This document shows, piece by piece, positions 40,100-48,758 of a stretch of DNA of 64,000 nucleotides (positions within the stretch are counted from its first letter, which is position 1; each line of letters opens with the position of its first letter). The DNA comes from Nitrosopumilus sp. (GTDB lineage Archaea; Thermoproteota; Nitrososphaeria; Nitrososphaerales; Nitrosopumilaceae). The DNA lies in the NCBI GenBank assembly GCA_965214775.1, contig OZ243974.1:2336001-2400000 (forward strand), in the 5' to 3' direction. Below the pieces are notes generated by a model. The model was not told where the DNA came from. It saw nothing but the letters and a program-made list of their open reading frames with translations, and did not search any database. A program made the translations under genes and the position numbers.

Positions 40100-40909
40100 T
40101 CAGAGATGCGGTCCAATCTTGCCTAAAATTTCCTTTGCTGCAACATCCCACCCCACTCGAAGACCCTTTGGAACATACGGGTTTGTCGAGCCGTGCAGGC
40201 CCTTCATTTTTTGCCCATCCAGAAATTTTTCCGTCATCCTTGCTCTAAAATCATCATATTTTATGTCAGCGGAGATTAGAACATCTTTCAAGATTTCGAT
40301 TATCGTACCTATTTCGCTCGTAATTTTGAGGCCAGAGTAGATGTCATAGACGTCTTTGCCCTCGTCTCTCTCGTAAAATGCCTTTAATTTTTTGGCAATC
40401 AGAGTGTGAAGTGAATAGACTGGAACCTTACCTACTGTCAGCGGAAGTATCGTGCTGCTTGCACTGATTACTTGGTCACTTCCAGTCATTGCTTCTCCCA
40501 TGTTGAATTCAAGAAACACGCTATCATCCATATTGATTTCGTTTTTGAATTTGCATGTAAAATGAATAATGTTTTTTCGCCGTGCCTCTTTTGGAATTGT
40601 GTAAGAGCTGCTCAATGGGGCAATAACGTTGTTTTTGATAAATTCTATTTTTTCATCTTTTGATCTGTCATCCTTGAAAAATATGTCCAGATCAATATCC
40701 TCTGAGAACCTCTGTATGTGGCCAAGATATACTTTGTTCAACGAGGTACCGCCTTTGCATACCATTTTGGCCTCAGACAAGACTGCATCAGACAACATGA
40801 CGGGACACGTCTTACTCCAGATGTCAAACACCCTTGCCTCCTTTAGGACATATTGCATCCTAATCCTAGTTCTTGCAGCTGCCTGCTGTGCCTCCCGCAG
40901 TTCAACCAT
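40100..40909 (-). CDS. AbiEii-type nucleotidyltransferase toxin (type IV TA)
   Basis: KGGTSL, RFSEDIDL, KLKAFYER...KDVYDI. Confidence 0.92.
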   Translation of the reverse strand: MVELREAQQAAARTRIRMQYVLKEARVFDIWSKTCPVMLSDAVLSEAKMVCKGGTSLNKVYLGHIQRFSEDIDLDIFFKDDRSKDEKIEFIKNNVIAPLSSSYTIPKEARRKNIIHFTCKFKNEINMDDSVFLEFNMGEAMTGSDQVISASSTILPLTVGKVPVYSLHTLIAKKLKAFYERDEGKDVYDIYSGLKITSEIGTIIEILKDVLISADIKYDDFRARMTEKFLDGQKMKGLHGSTNPYVPKGLRVGWDVAAKEILGKIGPHL

Positions 40910-41723
40910 CGTACCACCACGAGAGAAGTTTTCTCTCCCCTATGTTGTCTGTCACCATCCATTCTTTGATGTACCTTCCGCCCTTCATGGCATAGTCAAG
41001 CTTTGCCTTGTTTTTTATCCTGCCCTCCAAATATTCCACAAAGTCTGCAGGGATGTCATATCCCGTCTCTTTGTGAAGCAGTGAAAGCATATAGCCAATC
41101 TTCTGGCACAGGCTAGACGATCCAAAACGGTCAAGATGTCCCTCCATTTCAACCCAGTCCATTCCCTCTGCCAGGTGCAGGGATTTTAAAACCTCAGAAT
41201 AGCCGCCTGCGTGACGCGGATGGCAGAAGCAGTCAAAGAACGTCTTTGCCTTTGTTGAGACCACGTACTTTCCCTTTTTCTCAAACCCGGCGAACCTCCT
41301 TCCCAGGTTTACGGCCCTTACCTCATAGTGCTCAAGCAACGGGGTCGTCTCCGACTTGTTTTTGGTCGCAACAAAAACTGTAAATGGCTCGTATTCGCTT
41401 AGCCCGTGTATTCTCAGTGCGCTTTGGAAGGCAAGGTACCCCGAGTACATCTTCAGGCTGACCTCGAAGGGATCCTCAAGGTATGCACGCCCCTCAAACG
41501 CGGTGCTGGCAGGAAGTCTCAGATATACACCCTTTCCCACTCCTGTTATCCAGCCCTTCTTTTCCAGCCTGCAGATTAGCACGTAGAGATAATCCCTGCT
41601 CAGCCCCAGTTCCTTGTCATCTATTTCAGATACCTTAAAGGAGTTCTTTCCCATGCTTTCCAGATACAAATAGAACTTTTGCTCTTCATGGCTGAGTGGC
41701 ATTGTGGAGAGATTTAAATCCAT
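40902..41723 (-). CDS. AbiEi-type antitoxin / transcriptional regulator
   Basis: RLEKKGWI..VGKGVY, YLAFQSALRIHGL, KTFFDC; overlaps abiEii. Confidence 0.9.
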   Translation of the reverse strand: MDLNLSTMPLSHEEQKFYLYLESMGKNSFKVSEIDDKELGLSRDYLYVLICRLEKKGWITGVGKGVYLRLPASTAFEGRAYLEDPFEVSLKMYSGYLAFQSALRIHGLSEYEPFTVFVATKNKSETTPLLEHYEVRAVNLGRRFAGFEKKGKYVVSTKAKTFFDCFCHPRHAGGYSEVLKSLHLAEGMDWVEMEGHLDRFGSSSLCQKIGYMLSLLHKETGYDIPADFVEYLEGRIKNKAKLDYAMKGGRYIKEWMVTDNIGERKLLSWWYDG

Positions 41724-42105
41724 AATCTAACCATGGCAGTTAGATTTTAAATTCTTTTCTCACCAACTGCCACAGAGTTTATTCGAAATTAGCAGATTCT
41801 GATTATTTGTGGATGAATTTGCATAAAACGGCTCAAAACACCAGCAAAATACAAACTATCTGCGAAATCACTTGGAAAATTCGCACGACTTCTAATTTCG
41901 GATCATCTATCCTGTGGCCAAACATGAAAATCACAACTGCAGGCAACTCCTGCCTAATTGACAGAGTACAACATCATGTCCTCAACTTTCTAGGCGTAAA
42001 ACATTCATCCAATTCCTGTTCACACCTGATTTTACGGAGGACATGATGTTGTACCAACAAACTATTGAATCCCAATCCTTTTTTTATGACGGAATAAAAC
42101 AAGAC

Positions 42106-42243
42106 ATGTCTGATACAAAACAGATGGAATCCCCTCCGTTATCTGATGAAGAAATCAGGGACATTAAAGAATTTTATGCACATCCTGAAGATCGAAAAAT
42201 CGTGACATTTGACGAACTGCTTGAAGAGCTGCACAGTGATTAG
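42106..42243 (+). CDS. short acidic putative antitoxin
   Basis: LSDEEIRDIKE...VTFDELLEEL directly upstream of a toxin remnant. Confidence 0.6.
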   Translation: MSDTKQMESPPLSDEEIRDIKEFYAHPEDRKIVTFDELLEELHSD

Positions 42244-42246
42244 AAA

Positions 42247-42508
42247 TTGTGGGATTTGGACAGAAACAAAAAATTCATCAGACAGTACAAGAGACTTGAT
42301 TGTACAATATGACATCTTGCAGACAATGCAATATACGACATCATAACGTCGGCAAACCCTGCTGATCTTGGAGTGTACAAACAAGACATGAGAACTTTTT
42401 CTTATGAACTTGGCAGAAAGCACCGAATCATTTTCAGTACGATATAACGGCAGCGTCGTGGAGTTGCTTTGAGTGTGCGACCACAAGTCAGTCTACGGCA
42501 AGAACTGA
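42247..42508 (+). pseudogene. RelE/ParE-like toxin pseudogene
   Basis: KKFIRQYKRL...SYELGRKHRIIF...CDHKSVY with in-frame stops and a frameshift. Confidence 0.65.
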
Positions 42509-42659
42509 TGGTACAAACAACCAAATTCTTCCCTGACTGAAACTGCTTTACAACTTTTGTACCGTGACCTTGACTCGGATCCAGGATGTGCAAAATAATC
42601 CAAAATTCAAAAAGTGTGCGAAAAAAAGCGTTCCTATTCTAGCGGGGTCCTCACCAACA

Positions 42660-42910
42660 GTACGTGGCATTTGCAACCAACCTCCCGTTCTCCAACACGC
42701 TGCACGAGATCGATACTGCCCCACCGGACTACCGGAAGAGGTGGGGAATAGAGACAGGATGCAGACAGATAGAGCAGATACGGGCCAAGACCATAAGCAG
42801 GAACCAGGACATCAGGCTACTTGCATTCTTTGTGTCTGTCTTTGTGTACGCCATGTGGGCCGTCGAGCGCAACAGGGACGACATATGGTGTGGTGGAAGG
42901 GACTACATTT
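42660..42910 (+). pseudogene. ISH3/IS4-like transposase C-terminal remnant
   Basis: AFATNL...YRKRWGIETG...RAKT.SRNQDIRL. Confidence 0.75.
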
Positions 42911-43247
42911 TACAAACTTGACTAGAATTACTTCTCCATCCTATACGACGACATATGGTGTGGTGGAAGGGACTTTACATTATTGCGGGTTTCATACGCG
43001 ATTCTTATGGCTGCTAGAAGGAATCTTGCAGAATACGGGTTTGCCGGCCCACCACTGCTGCCGCAGGGTCGAGGTGGCCTTTGGGGGGGGTTACATTTCC
43101 GTCTACTGTTGATCGGTACATCCTAAAGTAATCCTTTGCAACCCTCTTCAAATTAGTTGCGACCTAATTTTCGTACAATCGAAGTCTGCCGTTGAAGAAC
43201 AAAAGATAAAATTCTGTAGAACCAAGATCAGTTGGGGTTATAACATC

Positions 43248-43739
43248 TTGATTTGTGTAGAAATCATGTCATCAGACAGTGAAATTGTAATGGAAATCGA
43301 TGAAAGTTTTCTGATTGAAACAAATGAAAAAGTCCTCTTGAGAGAAAAAGAAAGAACCGGCAAAGTGGTCTATATCGAGACTGTTCCTCAAAATCTTGCC
43401 CGGGTATTGCCCAAAGTGAGCGAGTATGGCAATTCAGGAAACATAACAGAAGACCTGATTCAAAAGGCATCTGCCATAATGGCGGCGATTCCTTGGCTTC
43501 AGGCGTTCTTTGATGGCAATAGAAGAACTTCGATTGTTGCTGCAGGAACGTTTCTGCGTGATAATGGCTATGAACTGTGTATCAGCTCAGAAGAGGAAAA
43601 CACAGAACTGAGAAAGATGTTGAGTGAGATCAAGAAACACAGGCGTGGTCTTGAGCCGGCTATTATGCAGAAGTTGTCTTTATATATCTCAGAAAGGATG
43701 AACAAATATGAGTCCAAAACACGAAAAGATCACGGATGA
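43248..43739 (+). CDS. Fic/Doc-family toxin
   Basis: KASAIM...QAFFDGNRRTS...FLRDNGY. Confidence 0.8.
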   Translation: MICVEIMSSDSEIVMEIDESFLIETNEKVLLREKERTGKVVYIETVPQNLARVLPKVSEYGNSGNITEDLIQKASAIMAAIPWLQAFFDGNRRTSIVAAGTFLRDNGYELCISSEEENTELRKMLSEIKKHRRGLEPAIMQKLSLYISERMNKYESKTRKDHG

Positions 43740-43791
43740 ACTCATCGAAAAGTATTCTAAAATCTTGGATGACCTTGCTACTGACGACTAG
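43708..43791 (+). CDS. 27-aa putative micro-antitoxin
   Basis: MSPKHEKITDELIEKYSKILDDLATDD; overlaps the doc 3' end. Confidence 0.5.
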   Translation: MSPKHEKITDELIEKYSKILDDLATDD

Positions 43792-44320
43792 TTTCTAAAA
43801 CTGCACATTCTCATTTCCGCACTGAAAGGTAGCAGGCAGGACTGGATGTTCAGTTCTGAATCTTGTTATTGCTGAATACCGATCAAGTGGAAGCAAGAGT
43901 TTACCCCTTACCTATTTGGTGAATTCTTTCTGACCACCCGATCTATAATCTTATCGGTAGATTTCTGGAAAAATTCTAGACAACGCCCATCTAAGTGAAA
44001 GGTACTAAAAAATCGAGTAAAAACACAAGATGTACAGGAGACACGCTACCTGAATATCAGGACAAAACAACAAACTTCACTTACTTTTCGCTTAGCTGCT
44101 GTTGGGGGTTGCCCATATTTGGGTCAGGCTGGCACCGCATCCATGTTACGCCTTCTGCAATCGTTTGATCCTCCCGTCCAGTACAGTCATCATGGTTCTG
44201 ATTTTTCATGTGGTGTTGTCCGATCTTGTCACGCAGGCAAGCAGATTCCGGCGATCCAATCACCGGAATTTGGTAAAAACCCCGGATCCATTTTATATAA
44301 TTACAGTTCGTATGAGGCAT

Positions 44321-44530
44321 ATGAGTAAAAAGGACGATTATAGCGTTCTAGTAGAGAAGGACGGGAAATTCTTTGTTGGTTACTGTTTGGAGATTCCGCA
44401 AGCTAGGGGCCAAGGAGACACAAAGCAGGAGGCAGTGACAGATACAAAAAAAGCAATCAGGCTGTGCAGATCATATCTTGAAGATAAAAAGAAGGATCTG
44501 GCATCAAAGTTAGTTACCGTGTCGCTTTGA
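44321..44530 (+). CDS. hicB: HicB-family antitoxin
   Basis: YSVLVEKDG..FVGYCLEIP...QGDTKQEAV...KKAI. Confidence 0.88.
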   Translation: MSKKDDYSVLVEKDGKFFVGYCLEIPQARGQGDTKQEAVTDTKKAIRLCRSYLEDKKKDLASKLVTVSL

Positions 44531-44741
44531 GCCTTCCTGTTGTCGGGTATTTGGAGATGCTCAAGGCATTGCGAAAAAGAGATTTTTTCCCGGTCAGGCA
44601 AACCGGAAGCCATATCATAGTTGAGGATGGCGGGGACTATGGGCTTCGATTCCCAGAAAAAAAGAGCTGGGCAGAGGACTGACATTGTCAATAATTTCTG
44701 ATTGCGGATTGACAAAAAAGGAGTTTCTTGCGTTGTTGTAG
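44527..44741 (+). pseudogene. hicA: HicA toxin, frameshifted
   Basis: LKALRKRDFFPVRQTGSHII, then in another frame IPRKKELGRGL..SII.DCGLTKKEF. Confidence 0.8.
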
Positions 44742-44765
44742 CGTAGAGCAAAAGTTCCTGAAGAT

Positions 44766-45870
44766 TATAGCAACGAGTATAAGTCTTTGAGCCAAAACAA
44801 GGTCATTCGAAAAGTATAATGATCACGTAACTGGCGCAGTATGTATGGCAAAAGAAACAGACATCCTGTCAGAGGCCATGCGCAAAGAAAAGGATGCCAA
44901 AGTCTACAAAAAGATCATGGCGTTGATGTTTGTGTCAGAGGACGACATAGGCGTGCCCGAGGCTGCAAGGAGTCGGTGCAGTGAGAATTCCGTGCGCAAC
45001 TGGCTGGCGAGGTTTTCGGAGGGCGGCATAGACGGTCTCCGGGATCTTCCACGCTCCGGACGCAGGCCAAGGGTGGACAGAAAAAAGATTGCCGCCATAA
45101 TGGATCTGTCCATTGAATACAACAGTACCGATGTCATGACGGTACGCGATGACATAAGGAATGCCACCGGGATAGAATACAGCATAGAGCATGTCCGAAG
45201 ACTGATGTGCCAGCACGGCCTGTCGCGCCGCAAGGTGCAAAACATACATGTCAACCATGCCGCCCCAAATCCGGCATACCCATGGCAGCGATACCTTGAA
45301 AACGTGCGGTTCCGCGCCTGAAAAAAGACGGTTTTACGCTGGTGTCATCTGATGAGGCATTCTTCGTGCAGGGCTCATACGACAGATGCGCATGGGATCC
45401 GGTCGGCACCAGAGGTGTGGCCTCGTATTCGGGGAACCGCACAAAGGTGGCCGTGTTTGGAAGCATCGCAGAAGACGGCAGGAGGCTGTTCGGGACGTTT
45501 ACGGGATCGCTTGCGTCGGTGCAGTTCATGGAATGTCCGGGGCGCTGCGCGCCAAGTCTGGCAGGGTTGCAGTCTTTTGCGACAGGTGGAGCGTGCACAG
45601 ATCTGCTGCCGTCGCAGAATATCTGGCGGGCCATCCCGACGTCAGGCTGATAATGCTCCCAAAGGGATCGCCGTACCTCAATGTCGTGGAAGAATGCTGG
45701 AACCTGGGCAAGCCTATCGTTTTCAGTGGGATAGTGTACAGAAAGATCAGCGAATTGCGGCATGCTATATCCGAATATTACAGGACGGCGTCGCTTGCCC
45801 GCCTTTGCATGTACAGGTACATTTACAGATCGCCGGTCAAGGCCCTCAATTACTTGTGACCGTTGCTATA
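44766..45870 (+). mobile_element. IS630-family element (transposase frameshifted)
   Basis: TA-TAGCAAC...GTTGCTA-TA ends; HTH GLRDLPRSGRRP, SSDEAFF, LPKGSPYLNVVEECW. Confidence 0.9.
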
Positions 45871-45918
45871 ACACAATGAGATCATCGATTTTTATTTTCT
45901 CTACATCAGACATGCTGT

Positions 45919-46036
45919 GTAACAGGATAGCCCCTGCCTAGGTAGCAATCAGGCACGAATCTGCCTGCAGCTGTGATTTTCATGCCTGATCTGCAAGGGA
46001 CGTAATTCCAACTCTAGGCAGGGGCTATCCTGTTAC
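45919..46036. mobile_element. IS66-like MITE
   Basis: TIR GTAACAGGATAGCCCCTGCCTAG; near-perfect 8-bp TSD CATGCTGT/CATGCTGC. Confidence 0.88.
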
Positions 46037-46249
46037 CATGCTGCCTACTCACCAATTCCTTGTCTTTCGTAGCAACGCCTGTCGTAATAGGTTTTGTTGT
46101 TGATCCAGAGAGTTAATTCGAAATTAGCAAACTCTGATCATTTGTGAACGAATTTGCATGAGACAGCTCAAAATATCAACAAAATACAAGCTATCTGTGA
46201 ATTCGCGTGAAAAATTCGCATGGTTTCTAATTTCGGATCACCTCTCTGC

Positions 46250-46361
46250 AAGGGTGATCTGGCACATGCTGACCGACGAGACGGAATACAGCACGCAGGA
46301 CAAGGAGCTCACGCAGAGAAAGCGTAAGGCGATGGAATGCCTGGCAGATGCGTCTGACTGA
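46250..46361 (+). pseudogene. IS110 transposase C-terminal remnant
   Basis: VIWHMLTDETEY...RK. Confidence 0.55.
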
Positions 46362-46409
46362 GAAACGCACACTCGCAGCGGCCCGTGCAGGGAACCGGAA
46401 TAATTTGAT

Positions 46410-46500
46410 ATGGGAGTTTACCCCCTAGGCGACACTGCTGGCCGGAGCCTTCATGATCACGCCTGCCACGCCGTATCTTGGGGGAGGGGCAAACTCTTAC
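46410..46500. mobile_element. 91-bp MITE
   Basis: Homologous to 29886-29976. Confidence 0.8.
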
Positions 46501-46570
46501 CTAATTTCCATATGAAACATTCATAGACCCGATCTGTTACAATTAAATACTAATTTTATGTGTGGCAAGT

Positions 46571-46672
46571 ATGGTAAAAGGTGAGAAGATTCATCAAGAA
46601 AAATTAAGAGAAATCGCCATTAGAACCATAGACAAGAACAAGGCAGTATTTGAAAGACTGGCTGAAATTTAA
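46571..46672 (+). CDS. 33-aa putative micro-antitoxin
   Basis: MVKGEKIHQEKLREIAIRTIDKNKAVFERLAEI; TAATG overlap with doc. Confidence 0.6.
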   Translation: MVKGEKIHQEKLREIAIRTIDKNKAVFERLAEI

Positions 46673-47298
46673 TGAAACAGTTATCCCAAGAAGACTTGTT
46701 ACAACTTCACACTATTGTTGAAGAGCATTTTAATGTATTTCGAGGTGTGAAAGATAAAGGGTTACTTTCATCTATTGCAGATAGACCAACTCAACAAATC
46801 GGTTCGTTGATGCCATATGACAATATCTTCAAGCAAGCAGCTAGTCTAATGGAAGGAATTATTAGAATGCATCCGTTCTATGATGGAAATAAAAGAACCG
46901 GCTTACTTGCAGCTATATGTTACTTGGAAATTAATGGATTTTCTACAATAATCCCTTTGGATTCTGTTAGATTTACTGTTTTAATTGCAAAGAACCAAGA
47001 TAACGATTCCGAATCAAATAAGGAATTAATTAACGAAATCTCAAAATGGCTTAGAAGACATTCATCCAAATCAAATAGCAGAATGTTAAATTTTAAAGAA
47101 TTATGGTATGTTAAACTTCCAGTAGCTGGACTATTGTATCTAGCACAATATGGTCGAATGACTAAATATGTTCATTCCATAATTTCTGAATGGTTGGCAT
47201 TTGATATTTATCCCGAATATGCAAAAGAGGTAAAAGAAATCGTGGAGTTTATTCAAGAATTACTAGAAAAGAAAAGTGTTTGGGATTTAAAGAAATAA
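46672..47298 (+). CDS. doc: death-on-curing (Doc/Fic) toxin
   Basis: HPFYDGNKRTG; GVKDKGLLSSIADRP. Confidence 0.92.
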   Translation: MKQLSQEDLLQLHTIVEEHFNVFRGVKDKGLLSSIADRPTQQIGSLMPYDNIFKQAASLMEGIIRMHPFYDGNKRTGLLAAICYLEINGFSTIIPLDSVRFTVLIAKNQDNDSESNKELINEISKWLRRHSSKSNSRMLNFKELWYVKLPVAGLLYLAQYGRMTKYVHSIISEWLAFDIYPEYAKEVKEIVEFIQELLEKKSVWDLKK

Positions 47299-47713
47299 AA
47301 TGATGTGAAACTAATTTCTAGCAGATTTAGATATCTGTCATAACCCATCAAACACTAATGAATCATGTATCTTTGTGACAGTTCGTGTTTGTGAAGTGAT
47401 TTGTGATTCTAGGCATGATTTACATCCAAGACATCCTGTATTTTGGAATCAAAACCACGCCTGAGCTTCAGAATCACGAGCTGTTATGATTGAGGAATAC
47501 GGGCACCAGTCAAAGAGGGACATGCTTGGTCTCCGAGTACTATTCCGCGCTTGAGGCGATGAGGCGCGCGCTGTCAGAATATCTGAGAACGTCCAGCACT
47601 CAGCTTGATGTCAGAAGGTTCATCCGAAGGGGATCGATTTTATTCACGAACTTGTGATCGGCAGTATGCAAATTACTGCAAATTCGTGCCTAGTTGCTTA
47701 AGATGAGGTGACC

Positions 47714-47843
47714 GGGGTTGTTTCCTAATTCCACTTGCCTGATTCAATCTGTATGTTTTTCTGAATTTTCGCCCTTTTGCACGCCTGATCCATGTGGTAT
47801 CTCAACGGTTTTCAGGAATTCTGACGAATTAGGAAACAACCTC
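47714..47843. mobile_element. 130-bp IS5-like MITE
   Basis: TIR GGGGTTGTTTCCTAATT; 9-bp TSD GAGGTGACC. Confidence 0.9.
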
Positions 47844-48010
47844 GAGGTGACCTCTGCCCTCTCTTTGTCTGTGGGGGACAGGGGCAAGATTGCTACTTTC
47901 GTTTACGCATAAAATCTAGTAATGACTTCTTACCGCTTGCCATATTGAAGACATCAAAAATAAAAAAATTAGGAAAGGGGTTTTGAAAGCACCCCGGTAG
48001 CTTCCTGTCG

Positions 48011-48382
48011 TTATCGGTGTATGCGGCGCCGCCGTGGTGCCGCATATTTGCCTATGTTCGTATGTGCTATGATCTTGCCATTGATGATGTTTTTCTTGTA
48101 TTTGAGGGCGTGACACAGACCGTATGCGACCAGGAATTCAAACGGCTCGCCGTGTACTCTTACATAGTACATGTTGTACGTCATCATGTGATACCCATAG
48201 CAGAGGTATGGCCCAAACGTAATCGTACACTCCGTCGTCCTGCTCTTGGTTTCCTCACCGGTGCGAAAGAGAACGTTGTCTGGCTGCGAAAGGTCGCCTG
48301 GCATCCTAGCATCGGGGAGTGTCCCCCTATCTGTGACATTGATGTCACATCCGTCCAAAAACTCTTGGAATTCTTCATTCAT
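48011..48382 (-). pseudogene. truncated paralog of 52938-53441
   Basis: Clear similarity over about 110 aa, then diverges. Confidence 0.7.
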
Positions 48383-48500
48383 ACCGCAAATCTGGCACTT
48401 TTATTTATTATCTGTTTTTTTAAAGATGCCGATGGTTATAATATATGAAGAGTAGGTCCACTAGTCATCTATGTCCTTCTACATTTTAGGTCTTTTTTCC

Positions 48501-48750
48501 GGGATTGTTTCCTAATTCCACCTGCCTGACTCAGTCTATGTTTTTCTGAATTTTTGCCCTTTTGCACGCTTTATCCGTGTGGCATCTCAACGGTTTTCAG
48601 GAATTCTGGCGAATTAGGAAACAACTCCAGTAATAGAAGGATGGCCCATGCCTAGGCAGCAATCAGGTGTATGTTTGACTGCAGCTGTGATTTTCATGCC
48701 TGTCCGGCAGTGGATCATGACTTCAATCTAACTAGGGGTTATCCTATTAC
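48501..48750. mobile_element. adjacent IS5-like MITE (48501-48628) and IS66-like MITE (48630-48750)
   Basis: TIRs as in the other copies of each family. Confidence 0.75.
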
Positions 48751-48758
48751 ATTTAAAG

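Noticed and set aside
42877-42974. 28-bp direct repeat GACGACATATGGTGTGGTGGAAGGGACT x2 as a mini-CRISPR
   Set aside because: Only two copies, at the tail of an ISH3-like transposase remnant, with no dyad, leader or cas genes; more simply a local duplication.
29600-48750. Classical integron or provirus
   Set aside because: No IntI or other tyrosine recombinase, no convincing attC-like GTTRRRY/RYYYAAC pairs, no capsid, terminase or replication genes; most intergenic repeats have TIRs and TSDs and are MITEs.
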